DNA of 64,000 nt. It comes from Mytilus trossulus (taxonomy: Eukaryota). A program made the position numbers and the translations under genes. Position 1 is the first letter of the stretch, and every line of letters starts with the position of its first letter. A model generated the notes under the pieces. That model ran no database searches and was not told where the DNA came from. It saw nothing but the letters and a program-made list of their open reading frames with translations. The stretch lies in the NCBI RefSeq assembly GCF_036588685.1, contig NC_086379.1, positions 79,732,001 through 79,796,000 on the forward strand. The letters are read 5' to 3'. Positions 24,790 to 52,800 of this stretch are shown here, in pieces.

Positions 24790-24890
24790 TGTTCCGGACC
24801 ATATGAGTATTTGGACCATACGCGTATGGTCATGACCATATGCGTATACTCATATGGTCCGACCATACGCGTATGGTCCGACCGTATAAG
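24790..24890. mobile_element. Solo TIR of the 22549-type MITE family
   Basis: TGTTCCGGACCATATGAGTATTTGGACCATACGCGTATGGTC; no partner TIR recognised. Confidence 0.7.
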
Positions 24891-25249
24891 GTATATAGGT
24901 AATTTTATTTCTGAGACAAGTGCCTGTGCTATTAAATCTGCAATAATGTTTGACAGAACTACTATCAAATCTGCAGTAATAAACGTCATGAATGAAAACA
25001 TTGACAGTATATAATGTCATTTATATTTATAATCAATGTATATAGGTCGATTTCAAGTATATTCCTTAATCATATAAATTATACTTTCTATTCCTTAAAC
25101 AGAATTGCATTCTAATCATTAGCAAAATTATTCACAGATAAATGATATATGTGCTTCAATCTTACGTTATTTTCAGCTTATTTTCAATGTTCATGAAACA
25201 ATATATAAACTCAATTAGAAATGTTGAATATCTCATAAGTTTACAGGTG

Positions 25250-25660
25250 TCATCCCATTTAATATTTTATAGAATAGAATAAGCTTATGTTTATTATAAA
25301 ATAAATCTTATTACGTCTATTCTCCAGAGTTTCTAAACCTATTTCAATAAAAGTTTTATCTGAAGGAATTACGTCGTAATCCTGTAATAATTCTAGCAGC
25401 TTCTATCTGAATATTTTCAAGAAGCTCAGTTTCATGTTGGGAGCAATTGCCCCAAACAACATCACCATATTCGAATATAGGTCTAATAAAAACATAATAA
25501 ATACGTATAAGTTAACTCCTAACTTATAAATGTTTAACTTGACGAAGCACAGATAGACGAGAGCATGCTTTTTATAAATAATATCAATATGCGTGTTCCA
25601 TGAAGCTGATAACTAAAATGGTATCCCAAGATGACAGTAAATATTTATTTTCTCAACCTG
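25250..25660 (-). mobile_element. CR1/L2-like LINE reverse-transcriptase C-terminal remnant
   Basis: - strand translates HLGI...IRIYYVFIRPIFEYGDVVWGNCSQHETELLENIQIEAARIITGLRRN, interrupted by stops and frameshifts. Confidence 0.8.
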
Positions 25661-25695
25661 GGGTGAACTCAAGTGCTACAGAAGGGTATATCAGC

Positions 25696-26950
25696 TCCTG
25701 CTCACTGTAAATACTCCCGTCACTCTAATAATAATGTTCCACTTTTGTCTCTTCTCGTGCTCACAGTAGTATAAACTCCCGTCACACTAATAATAATGTT
25801 TCACTTCTGGCTCTTCTCCTGCTCATAGTAGTATACACTCCCGTCACTCTAATAATAATGTTTCACTTCTGGCTCTTCTCCTGCTCATAGTAGTATACAC
25901 TCCCGTCACTCTAATAATAATGTTACACTTCTGGCTCTTCTCCTCCTCACTGTAGTAACTCCCGTCACTCTAATAATAATGTTCCCCTTCTGGCTCTTCT
26001 CCTGCTCACTGTAGTAACTCCCGTCACTCTAATAATAATGTTCCACTTCTGGCTCTTCTCCTGTTCACTGTAGTAACTCCCGTCACTCTAATAATAATGT
26101 TCCACTTCTGTCTCTTCTCCTGCTCACTGTAGTAACTCCCGTCACTCTAATAATAATGCTCCACTTCTGGCTCTTCTCCTGCTCACTGTAGTAACTCCCG
26201 TCACTCTAATAATAATTTCCCCCTTCTGGCTCTTCTCCTGCTCACGGTAGTAACTCCCGTCACTCTAATAATAATGTTCCACTTCTGGCTCTTCTCCTGC
26301 TCACTGTAGTAACTCCCGTCACTCTAATAATAATGCTCCACTTCTGGCTCTTCTCCTGCTAACTGTAGTAACTCCCGTCACTCTAATAATAATGTTCCAC
26401 TTCTGTCTCTTCTCCTGCTCACTGTAGTAACTCCCGTCACTCTAATAATAATGTTCCACTTCTGGCTCTTCTCCTGCTCACTGTAGTAACTCCCGTCACT
26501 CTAATAATAATGTTCCACTTCTGTCTCTTCTCCTGCTTACTGTAGTAACTCCCGTCACTCTAATAATAATGTTCCACTGCTGGCTCTTCTCAGTCCTGCT
26601 CACTGTAGTAACTCCCGTCACTCTTATGATAATGTTCCACTTCTGTCTCTTCTCCTGCTCTCTGTAGTAACTCCCGTCACTCTTATGATAATGTTCCACT
26701 TCTGTCTCTTCTGCTCTCTGTAGTAACTCCCGTCACTCTAATAATAATTTTCCACTTTGTTCCACTTCTGTCTCTTCTGCTCTCTGTAGTAACGCCCGTC
26801 ACTCTAATAATAATGTTCCACTTCTGTCTCTTCTCCTGCTCTCTGTAGTTACTCCCGTCACTCTAATAATAATGTTCCACTGCTGGCTCTTCTCCTGCTT
26901 ACTGTAGTAACTCTCATCACTCTAATAATAATGTTCCACTTCTGTCTCTT
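25696..26950. repeat. 59-bp tandem minisatellite, about 21 copies
   Basis: Unit ACTCCCGTCACTCTAATAATAATGTTCCACTTCTGGCTCTTCTCCTGCTCACTGTAGTA; the first units are ~62 bp. Confidence 0.95.
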
Positions 26951-29574
26951 TCCTTAGTCTCTGTTAGATAGTTGTCGGATTGGAAATCATATCACATCTT
27001 ATGTTTAGACTGCAATCAGTTGGGTGTATACTATTCATTGTCAACCTGGTATTCCATGGTACTTAAATCAATACAAGACAGACTGATACCTTATAGGAGA
27101 GTAAGTTACCGTGCATTGTTCTCAAGTTCGTATGTAAAGGTTTCAAATTGCAGCATCCATATACCATGGTATTCTCTACATGTGTTGCACCCATAAGTAG
27201 GCTGTTCATTGATCAAAGATAATATGCCCTTTTAAATTTTGACATGGCATATTATGATTTAGGATGTGGTAAAATACTTGGAGTAACATGATATTGTGCC
27301 AATAATTAGATGTGTCTGATACTAAATGATCTTAAATATCAAAAAGTGTTGTCTAGATGTCATATCTGACAAACAAGGTGTTCTTTCAATTCCCTTAAAA
27401 TGGAGATAAAAGAATTGTATTTGAATATTTGTGACAACAATTTTGCAAATATCCATTTAATTGATCAGCTAACGTGTCTCTAGTTATCTTTGTCTTTAGG
27501 AATATCGACCATCAAATCACCATGTTGATGCCTGCAAGTCTTTAAATGCAATTCTGTTATACATGTACTAACAGAACATGTGATTCTATTTATTTTTATT
27601 TTCAGATGAAAACAAGACTGAAACAATATCAAGCTGACTATAACTGGAAACTACATATACAACATTCTCGCGAATTAATAGCATATATAATCTTCATTGA
27701 TTGCTGTTACTATAATATATCACTTGAAATTTCTATTTCGTATATACTGTGAATCCAGATAAAAATTACAGTATTAGAATGTGCATAATATTTTCAGTGT
27801 TAGGAACGACTTTCAGACACTTAAATGAAAAAAAAGTATAACAAAAAAATCGGCCAGAAGGCTAGCTACAGGATTACGAGATAACATTTAAAGCAATATT
27901 ATAGATTTTTTCCTCACAAATATATGGACTTGTATATAAAAAAAAAGGTTATACCGAGTTCACATTTCAATAGTTAAGAATAATTAATTTAAAACATATT
28001 TTTCAAACCTTCATGAAATATATAAAAACTTTGAGTTAGAAATAAACTTCTCCATCATCAAGACAGTCATTATTTTGTATTTTAATGACAAATTGAGGGA
28101 AATGGACTTACCTTTGACAGTCAAGAAAAACTTTAAAGACAGTGGCCACAAGGTTCCATGGAACTCATAATGATTTTATTGTTATTAATAATAAACTGAT
28201 GACATTTTCATTGAACATACATGTTTGCTTGATGCAGCATTATTAAAGATATTTATAAGCTTAGCTGAAAAATGGTTTGTTTGAGCTGTTTAGCCTTCAT
28301 TTTATAATTAAAAGTAAGAAGATGTGGTATGGTTGCCAATCAAACATACATTTTTGTATTCTTAAACTGTTTACTTGTGTTTCTGAAATTGATTCACATA
28401 ATGAATTGGAAAAGATGACAAACTACTTTTTTGCTAAAACAATAAACCACATGGATCTTTGTGGCCCAAGCCAACTTATTTTTCACATACATAATTACGA
28501 TAAAAAATCATGCAGTAAAACTTTTTTTGCTCGAAGAAAACTAAATGAATGGCAAAAATTAGCATATAGATAGTGTTTTTCATTCTCAGTCAAGCTCAAG
28601 ATATTTAAAAGTAAATGTGAAATCCTCCACTTCTCAATACAAATGTACTTATATTTCCTACATGGTTATAACTTAACTTACCATATTTTGTGGATGTAAA
28701 TTGTTTGGTCTCTGGAAACTCTTCCAACCTGTATTGTTAAATTTATTATACTTTTTTTGTTTTGTAAAATCAAATAAATATCAAAGTCCAGTAAATATAT
28801 CTTCCAGAAAATGCAATTTATATAGTCTTATTTCTCTCTTGCTCAACAGTGTTCCCCCTTCATTGTAATCATATGAAATGTAGCTACTGTTAATTTATAG
28901 TAATATGGCTTGTATTATGAATTTTAGAAATATGTTGTGCTTCAAACCTGGCTCTAATAAACCTGGTACAGCCCCAACATACTTTATATTGTGGTAATCA
29001 TGTTTGTACATGTATATAAAAGGCCCAAATATTTTTCCATATTGTTCTCATCTAAGAGATGGATTGTTATGCTTTCAAACTACTATAAAGGGAAGAGTGA
29101 AAGAGTATTGAAGCCGAATATAATAAATGGGGTTTTAAAAACCAATCATATCTTTTGGGAGAGTCCCTAGCTTTTTTGCATTCAGCAGCTTAGTTACAGA
29201 TGGAGGCCAAACTAGAAAACTTTAACTAAATGCTGGTGACTTAGAACGCCCAAAATGGCTGCCGTTTTGGAAAAACTATCCTGTCTCTGAATCCCAGAAC
29301 TGTATGCCAATTGTATGGAGTTGCATAGTCCAATATGATTGGAATTGTGTGCTGAAAGTGACTGAAACTGAAACAGATTTGATCTTTGACATTAACCATG
29401 CTTGTATTCATAGTGCTATGCTAGTGTATATATCATATTATTATTGTTCTGTGATAAAATTGTTTGTTTCTATATTGATAATCACTAAAATGACTTGGTT
29501 CTCAGAAATAAAGCATATAGACCTTTCAGCTTTTATGATTATTGACTATGTAGGATTTGTCAAAAGTGTATATC

Positions 29575-29659
29575 GTGTGAATGTTTATGAGATATAATTT
29601 CCGTGTGAATGTTTATGAGATATAATTTCTGTGTGAATGTTTTTGAGATATAATTTCTG
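29575..29659. repeat. 28-bp tandem repeat x3
   Basis: GTGTGAATGTTTATGAGATATAATTTCC. Confidence 0.9.
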
Positions 29660-30127
29660 CAAAACCAAGATCATGCAATATACAATGCTCTCTACTACAT
29701 GAATAAAGATTCTGTGAAGGAACTACATATAATATACACATAAGGAGATGTGGTATGATTGCCAATGAGATAACTATCCACTAGTTCCTGAGGATGTGTG
29801 CCTGTGTGGAAGCTATAAAACCTGATTTAAACCACCATTTTCTACATAAGGAAATGCCTGTATCAAGTCAGAAATATGACAGTTGTTTTCTATTGATTTA
29901 ATATGTTTGAGTTTTTGATTTTGCTATTCAATAAGGGACTTTACAATTTTCCTTGAAGTTTGGTAATTTTGTTAGTTTACCTAATGCTACTAAAAAACAG
30001 AAAAAAGACTTGCATTAAACAATCATGAGGACTTTTATAGCAGACTAAGCAGGAGTTTTTTTCACCATCTTATTCAATGAAATAACACAGTACCATCCCA
30101 CAGACAAATAAATACAAAAACATTGGC

Positions 30128-30799
30128 TCATTTTACAAAATTGTCTTTACTTAACAACTTTTCCATAGATTTCTTATAAAATTCAAAAACTTGTTTGCTG
30201 GAGTTTTTACACAATGATGTACAATCTTTGAACTGTTTGGATGAGTAGCTTCCCTTGGTATTCACTGTTACAATGTTGAAATCTTTATTGTCAAATACAA
30301 ATGTTAATAAAGCTTTCCCATCTTTTTCCTGTTTGCTATTTGGATCAAGAATTATCTCCCCTTCATTGTTAATAAGACATGTAACTGCTGCTACAAGAAA
30401 TTTCAAACTAACTCCTGCATCCAACAAAGCAAGACAAGCTGAATTTATACAGCATGCCAAATAGGAACCAGAATTTTGCATTTCTTGGATAATAATATTT
30501 ATACCAGACCTAGGATGTGCGGCTGTAAGAATCATGGTCTCACAAGTGTTACGAATTATCCTTTCAAACATTTTCTCGGCACAACCTGGAAGTCCTACTT
30601 TTGATTTGTAAACAACTTCTACTGTAGCTTTATCAAGAATCTCTTTGTTCATTCGAACTTCTGTTGGGCCATAAACAGCAGTGGTTACACATGTTTCTCC
30701 CTGCATTAAACATGCATCGCCATCACAGCGTGTTAATTGTCCAAGTTCACACGTCATTTCACGCATAACTTTGTCAACTTGATTATCATCTGTCTTCAT
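30128..30799 (-). CDS. EXOSC5: Exosome complex component RRP46 (RNase PH-like), single coding exon, 223 aa
   Basis: REMTCELGQLTRCDG...QGETCVTTAVYGPTEV...KATVEVVYK...HPRSGINIIIQ...GSYLACCINSACLALLDAGVSL...DPNSKQE; splice acceptor ttttcAG at 30810/30809, with 9 nt of 5'UTR before the ATG. Confidence 0.95.
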   Translation of the reverse strand: MKTDDNQVDKVMREMTCELGQLTRCDGDACLMQGETCVTTAVYGPTEVRMNKEILDKATVEVVYKSKVGLPGCAEKMFERIIRNTCETMILTAAHPRSGINIIIQEMQNSGSYLACCINSACLALLDAGVSLKFLVAAVTCLINNEGEIILDPNSKQEKDGKALLTFVFDNKDFNIVTVNTKGSYSSKQFKDCTSLCKNSSKQVFEFYKKSMEKLLSKDNFVK

Positions 30800-31009
30800 C
30801 TTTTAAAGCTGAAAAATTATATTTAACTAAATTAAAGCTGTTCAGTTACAAATATTTTTTTCAATCTCCATATTTGAATAATAATTTCATGCAACTTTGT
30901 TTTATGCTATATAGATAATGTTCTCTCACTACGTAAATGATTCAAAAAGAGTAGGTCAGGTAAGGACCGATTGTGACTGAACCTACTCCTTTGGTTACTA
31001 TGTGGAAAA

Positions 31010-31430
31010 CATCTATCCCATTAAACTTCACTTGAGATAAATGATACAACAGAAACAGTTAAGTCTGGCTCCTTTCTTGACTTACAACTAGAAATTGACA
31101 ACAAGGAGGGATTAAAAACAAAATATTACAAAAAGAGGTGATTTTAGCCTATTAAAGCTGCTTAACCATTGTGAACTTTCCATTTCTATGAATCAACATT
31201 TCAGCAGCTGCTGCATAAGGAGTATATATCTCCCAGGTGATACAATATTCCAGGGCTTGTGTTTCCTATCATGATCTCTTTGATAGAGGGTTGCTGATCG
31301 CAAGGTCTTGAAGAAAGCTAGTTAACTAAGAAGTGAAGTTGAAACATCCCTTTGTAATTTTTACAGAAGGCTGATCGTGAGAAGCCATCAAAGGTTGGTT
31401 GACCATTCTGTTTCATAGCTGATAGGGGAT
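31010..31430 (+). mobile_element. Penelope-like retroelement RT C-terminal remnant
   Basis: Degenerate translation IYP...FLDLQLEID...LKTKYY...PIVNFPFL..NISAAAA*GVYISQVIQYSRAC, matching the PLE RT thumb region. Confidence 0.75.
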
Positions 31431-34400
31431 ATGTTCCTAATGTTGACAGTTGTAACTACATTTGTGGATAGTTGTCTCATTGGCAATCATACCACATTTT
31501 CTTTTTTATACGTACAAGTATTGTGGTCACCAGTTTCAGTTGAAATATATTTTTTAACACTTGAAAACACCCTTCTTACTAGGGTTCTTGAGGGGTTCAT
31601 CTCGAGAAAGGGATAGTCATATTGAGGGGTTGTTCTTAACTAGCTGCGGAACACAAGTCTTATGGCCCTTTTTATATTTATGGCCCCTGTGAATTTTTTA
31701 AATATGAAAGTTTTTGTACAATAAAATTAATTTTTAGATAACTGAAGAATAATATAACCTTACTAGTGGGTTTATATGAACATTCAGATTGTTTTAAACA
31801 TGTTTTATAGGTATTTTCCTATCTGTACTGTCCATAGGTCCATAAATTATTGTAGTGTTTATCAACAAGGATTTTGCGCTCAATCTTTTCAATTCAATTT
31901 TATGGAAAAATGAGCAGAATTGCATATGATTTTTTTTTGGACCACTTGATAGATATAAACCTGTGGATTCAGGAAAGTTATCACTGAAATTGATTGAAAT
32001 TTTCCTTTAGACCAAATTTTGGAGACTTGCGTGACATGTTCACCACCTTTTTTGCTATATTTTATATCTAAGAAATGCAGATTGTTGCCATGGTTACACC
32101 CAAAACTCAAAGGGATTATATTTCACCCTTATGACCATTAGAAATCAAATCTATGGAAGATTCTCTTTCTATAAATATATACATGCATAACACACATATA
32201 AAGCCTTCTTTGTTTAAACAGGAGGGGGGAGAGGGTGTTTAAACATTACAAGTGTCAATTTTAAGTTATTTTCCTAACTGGTATTGCTACTTAAGAGGTG
32301 GATCTCATAGTAGGAGTCTAAGCACAACACAGGATTGGCTGATTAACGTGTCAGTTGAAAGTCAAATAATTAAGCATGAAAATAAGAAACTAATAGATAT
32401 AGGAAGATGTGGTGTGAATGCCAATGAGACAACTCTCCATTCAAATAACAATTTAAAAAGTAAACCATTATTATAGGTTAAATTACGGCCTTTAACACGG
32501 AACCTTGGCTCACACCAAACAACAAGCTACAAAGGGCCCAAAATTACTAGTGTAAAACCATTCAAACTGACGTTACATATAGAGAGCGGTAACGTGTATA
32601 GGTACATGTATGAAATTATGAATCCCACGTAATGTGTAAACCAACAGTCTAATTATCTAAGTCCATCTACTAAAAATTACATGTGCTAATAAGGCAACGG
32701 GGAGCAGGATACAGGATTATCACAATAAGCAGGATCCAGGATCAGACCCCCTTCCCAAAATCCCTAAGAGTAAGAGCTATGGTTCCACAACCTGATTACT
32801 CATTTATAACTGGCAAGAGGGCATCAAACAAATTAATCAGTCTTCTTAGACGTATTTTAATCTAAAGATTCATATATGGCCTTGCTTGAGGCATACAAAA
32901 TTATTATTTTTTGACAGGAGAAAAGTGTTTTCTACTTTAAGTTTTACTGATATTGTGACAATATATATTCATTTGTAAATTATTTCAATATTTGGCAGAA
33001 AAAGAAACAAAACACGTGTTTGCTTCGAAAATTTCACACGGATCACGGTGTCTCTTTTCTTGAAATAAGATTTAGTGGTGGTATATATTAGTTTTGATAG
33101 AAGATATACAAATAATTACATTTAAATCTCCCTCATTAATAAGGTAACTGGTATAATATGCAAACAAAACTGAACTGTTTAGACACTTTGTTGAAACAAA
33201 GGGAAGTAAATCTATAATGTAAAAGTAAAAGAGAGAAAAAGAAAAGGTGTGCCGAATGATAACCAATTTACTCAAAACAAAAATCAGCAAAAAACGTAGT
33301 TCTCTGACATTTCTTTTTTTTAGTTGAAAAAATGTACAATGCATCAAAAATCAGCATTTATTTATTTATTTAAATGGTTTGAACAGTTTTTCAATACTTG
33401 AATAGCAAAATTCTGGATTCTCTAGGTAATCTGTCGATAAAATTTATTCCACAGTGGAGTTATCATTTTATGTTAAAATATGCAACCTAATGATATAAAT
33501 ACCTACTATGTTGTTATATTGTAATCAAAATGTTGAATGCGTCTTTTTTTCTAAGATTTATTGACATCGGCGCCGAGAAACATACAAAAACAAACAACAA
33601 ACAAACAAACAGATATTTTATTTGCCAATCACGGCGCCCAGAATGAGCAGAATAATTATAATATAATTTTCAAACATAATGTAAAGTAAATTAAAAATAG
33701 GTTAAACAAAGTACATAATATGATTGATTTTGATTTAGTTAATTGATATAATATTAAAGAAAATGAAGTAGGCAATTTGTAAATAATAAAACATATAATA
33801 TAATATGACCAATAGTATATAAGTATACAAGTATATAAGCAACCATTTTTTTTCCAAAAAGGGGGGCCTGGGCCCCCTGTCACCCCCCTAAATCCGCCTC
33901 TGATAATAATGACTGTTACCTTACATATAGACAAAATCCTTCCATTTTAATGTAATGTGAATTGATAATATAGCATCAATGCTTAAATATTTACCAATTA
34001 CGATTTTCGTATAATGTAAAATTCTGAACACGAATAATAAGCCAACGTCAAGAGTGGTAAAAATTATAATTTGACCATAACCGGCAACATAATTTTCTTT
34101 AAATTTTTGGTGTAGAAATAATAGCGTTAAGTACTTTCCCCTACTTACTAAAAACTATCAAATTTAAGCATTGAGCTTTACTTTCTGCATTATATCACGT
34201 ACATGCATAAGGAAAACGAATGAGAATTTATCAGTCTAAATGCCAAACAATAGGATTTACATTATAATATATTCAAATTACCAGTGGGGCGATTTGTCCT
34301 GCTTCCACCACTATGGGCCAGATGGAATATTGTTAAAAAAAATAAAAAAATCCAATAGTGTATAAAGCGTGAAATTGAGATATTAAATTAATCATCTGGT

Positions 34401-35480
34401 TCGATCATGTGCCATTTGGCCATGTAATAAAAGTCGTTTCGGCCATTTCGATCATACTTTGAATTTTTTTTTTTTTTAAACTTTTACAGTAATGATGTTT
34501 TAATTAAGTTTTAATAAATATTTACTTACTCCTATTTTCTAATTCAAAATATTGATAGCCATAATGTACCCGGCGAAAAACCATATAACCGAAACGACCT
34601 TTGGCCGAAATGGATTTTATCCGAAACGTCTGGAAAATCTTTCGGCTTCAGACATTTCGACCATGTACAATTTCGGCCAATGTGAGAAAAGGCGTTTCGG
34701 CCATTTCGTCTATATGATTTATCTTATATACCCTTTATAACCTTGAAAATATTATTCTTTTTAAAATATATATTCAGATGCAGTTCAAATTCAGAGTTCT
34801 AATGCATACAAAATTTAATAGAAATAAAAAAAATAGCAATGACAATGAAAACATCTAGGCAGTGGGACCTAGTTTTACAAAAAAATATATACTTTGCAGT
34901 ATTGCCAGTTGAGAATCAGTTGAACTTGAAGTTTTGAAAAATTCTCGTATTGGCAAACGAAAACTGTCATGCGACAGAAGATGTTTGTCGACTAAGATTG
35001 TTAAAACGAAGGGGAAGGCACAGTTTTCTGCAAGCCATACTGAATATAATTTGTGAATAGGGTATAGATGACAGTTTTAGAGGCCACGTGTACTTTATCC
35101 GATAATTCAGCAGAACAGGCTTATACCCGAAACGTCAAGAAAGCTCAAATACAAGTGTGAGAACATTTTCGTTTTATTTCTTATAACATGCAAGAGTCAT
35201 ATGTATGATCTGGTTGTTATGCAGAAAATGTAGACAACTGCATAGGTAGGCGTACCGTCTTGGGGACAGGACAATATTTTTTAGCCCCCCCCCCCCCCTT
35301 TCTTCAAAAATCCGTAATTTTCTTATGTTTTCCAATAATTTAAAAAAAACATGTAAAGATAGATATTTTTTGTGTCTTAAAGTTATATTAAGACCGTTAT
35401 TTAGTTTAGTAAACTATAGAAGTCTTAGCTCTAACTAAAAAGCGAGGTTATCTAAAGGAACATAAAAATCAACAAATAAA

Positions 35481-35526
35481 TGACGTAATTTACGCGCATT
35501 AATACAGACACTCATGCGTTCTTTTT
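35481..35526 (+). promoter_or_regulatory. Candidate DDX5/17 core promoter: CRE-like TGACGTAA and a TCT-type initiator (TTCTTTTT)
   Basis: Motifs about 100-140 bp upstream of ATG 35619 in a locally CpG-richer stretch. Confidence 0.35.
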
Positions 35527-35618
35527 GAGTCCATTGAACAACGGACGTACAGTGAGGAAGAAGACCTTGAAACAAGAAAATACATTTAAGAACTAATTTG
35601 AAGAACAAAACACAAACT

Positions 35619-49829
<14,211 letters not shown>

Positions 49830-52800
49830 ATCTCTAATTAGTCTCATGATTTTATCTCAATGTTGCAATGTAACTTTATTTATTGTCATATCATGTAAGT
49901 CCCATGTCATGTCATTCTCTACATGCAAAATTGTTATCAACTGACAGAAAATAAACAAAAGTGTACAAAATATTCTTAAATACTCATTTCTCCATAGTGA
50001 TGTCTTTTATGATTTTATGAAATATTCATCTGTTCAGTTAATAACATTTTGATATTTTCTCATCTGTGCATATGATATAAGGGTCCAGTCAAATTTAGCA
50101 CTACCAAGATATAAAAAAACATTTTTCAAGTGCTCAGTTTGCAAATAAATCCATGTTCATTTGTTTTTAATGTATGTAAAATAGGAAGTGTTTTATCATG
50201 TTTTATAAGGAAGTTAAATAGTTTTATTGTCTTTGCTCTGTATGACATAATAATGTGAAAAAAATAAAACAACTGAAGACAAATAAACTAATCGGGTCAG
50301 GTAAGTATAACATTCAAGGATATAAAAACTAAGAAATATAATGTAACAACTAGTTGGATAACTAGTAAAAGGATTTTTTTTAACATCTCATTTTTAGCCG
50401 GTCTGGCATTGACCACAAATTGTTGTTATTTTGTTATAGTGGTCATGTTTTACCACAACATGTAAGAAAAGAAATTAAAATAAAAAAATTGTAAATTACT
50501 TGTTTCAAATTACTGACATTACATTACATTGCAAATTTCTTGAAAAGCTGTCGAAAGGAGTTTTGGAGGTGGAAATTTAAATGTTTCCAGTTTATCTGCA
50601 TTTCGAATTATGTTATATTATATATAGTTTAATAGTTTGATAAAAAGTTTACTGAGCTCTTTTCACTTTTATCCGGAGTTGAAAAGTTTTAAAGTTGGTC
50701 ATGTATCATATGTATTGCAGAATCTTCATAGCACATTAGGTCTTGTATAATTGTTGCTCCACTTTGTTCATCTAAAATTCTGGTATGTCCCATATTTTTC
50801 TTGGCTTCTGTAGAAGGGAATTCATCTGGATAAGTTGTAAAGTGTAAAAAAAAAATCACATTCAACAGCTTAAAATTTGACAACACTCTAAATAGAACAA
50901 TTGGGGAAAAAAATGTTCTGTAGTTTGTTTTCTGCTAGTGTTCGATTACTTGCAGCGAATCAGACCAAAACTTGATCATGGTTTGTATGTTTCCATGTTC
51001 CAGTAATTATTTTGGAGACTCAGATTTTCAATTCAAGTTGTATGTGGAATTGGTTGAGTTGTTAAAAAATATTGATGGAATTAATCTTATTCATTGAAAT
51101 ATTGTTGGTTATCATTTCCTTTTATGTCGTGAAAGTGGTCTCCACAAACGCCCTTATCAATATAAGATTGCACAGTCTGTAGTGTTGCCTGCTTTACTGA
51201 CCATTGTTTTTATGTTGAGTCCTAAACATGAAGCTTGTCTACAAAGTATTGAATATACTGAACATGATCCAAGAAAATGGAAGTCGATAACAGGTTAACC
51301 AAACCAGAAATACATGCACATCTTAGAAACTAAATTTACCAGGAAAATGAGGTCAAGGTTGCTTTAACCATGCAAGAAAAACTTCGCCCTATAATCAATC
51401 TGCATAAATATAGCGGACATCTTTCACATAGTATTAACCATGAAAACAAAGATGAGATCAGATGACTGCCTGACCTACATGTACACCTTATAATTATTTC
51501 ATACATCAAATATAGTAGACTTGTTACTTGCAGAACAATGGATCAAATAAAACCTGTTAAACTGACCTGCACATCTGATAAAATATATTGTACACAGTAG
51601 TTTCATTATTGCATAAAGTTTCAGAAAATGTGTCGGTCGGATAACGCCTGCCTATTGGACTTTTCACCTTTCAATTATTTCGTACACCAAATATAAACCA
51701 AATATAATAGATTTACAGCTAGAAATTTGTCTGGGATCTGACTTCACCATAAAAATAAATTAAAAAAAAAAGTGGTATGATTGCCAATAAGGCAACTGTC
51801 CACAAGAGATCAAAATGACAGTGATTAACTATAGGTCGCTGTACGGCCTTTAACTATGAGCAAAGCCCATACCGCGTAGTTGGCAATGAAAGGCTCTGAT
51901 AAGACGATGTAAAACAATTCAAACGAGAAAACAAACGGCCCTGCTATTTATATAAATAAATAAAAAATTAACGAATAAGAAATATTTAACAAACGACAAC
52001 CACTGAATTACAGGTTCCTGACTGGACAGACACATGCATAAATAATGTGGCAGGGTTAAACATATTAGTGGTATCCCAAACTCTCTCCCTAACCTGGGAC
52101 AGTGGTAAAACAGTACAACATATATAACTATAAAAATCAGTTGAAAAAGGCTGAACTCATCAGATGGAATTTGTTCATTGCAATGAGGTTACGGTCGGAT
52201 AACAATTGTCTTGACTTGCACAAAGACCTGGCAAGATGTGCATTCACTATATATTATTATCAATTAACTCCTAATAAGAGAATTTAACATTACAAAGAAA
52301 CATTTCTCCAAGTAGATGCTTAACCATGATAATAAGGTCATGGACATATGATTGACTGATCACCTTAAATATACAGCTTTTTTTTCTGAAACTGACAAGT
52401 GACTGTGTTTGATGTCGATGAAAAATAACGGCAATGATTCCAACACCCAGATGGTTTGGTATATAGATAGTGCATACTATATTCTGTTCGTATTCATATA
52501 AAGTATAGTGCATACCTCACAGGGGCGGATCCAGCCATTTTAAAAAGGGGGGTTTCAGCTATATGCTCCCATTCAAATGCATTGATCGGCAAACAAAATA
52601 AGGGCGGAGGGGTGTATAAGGGTCGTTTGTGTCATAACCTTATACTATATCCTTTGTTTCCCATTAAGAACAAATAATTCAGTTAACTTAATTTAGAAAA
52701 TTTGTATAGTAGATGTTTTTATATATGTTCTGGGGAAGAAGGAATATTCTTATTTTGCATCTGTTTTGCAAAATATTTATTTTCATCCTGTATTAGAGAA

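Noticed and set aside
25696-26950. CRISPR-like regular array
   Set aside because: Head-to-tail repeats with no unique spacers, no cas genes, eukaryotic context.
52140-52170. CTGATGAG on the - strand as a possible hammerhead ribozyme core (also a GAAAC-containing remnant at ~18740-18790)
   Set aside because: Neither site has both CUGAUGA and GAAA cores with the supporting stems.
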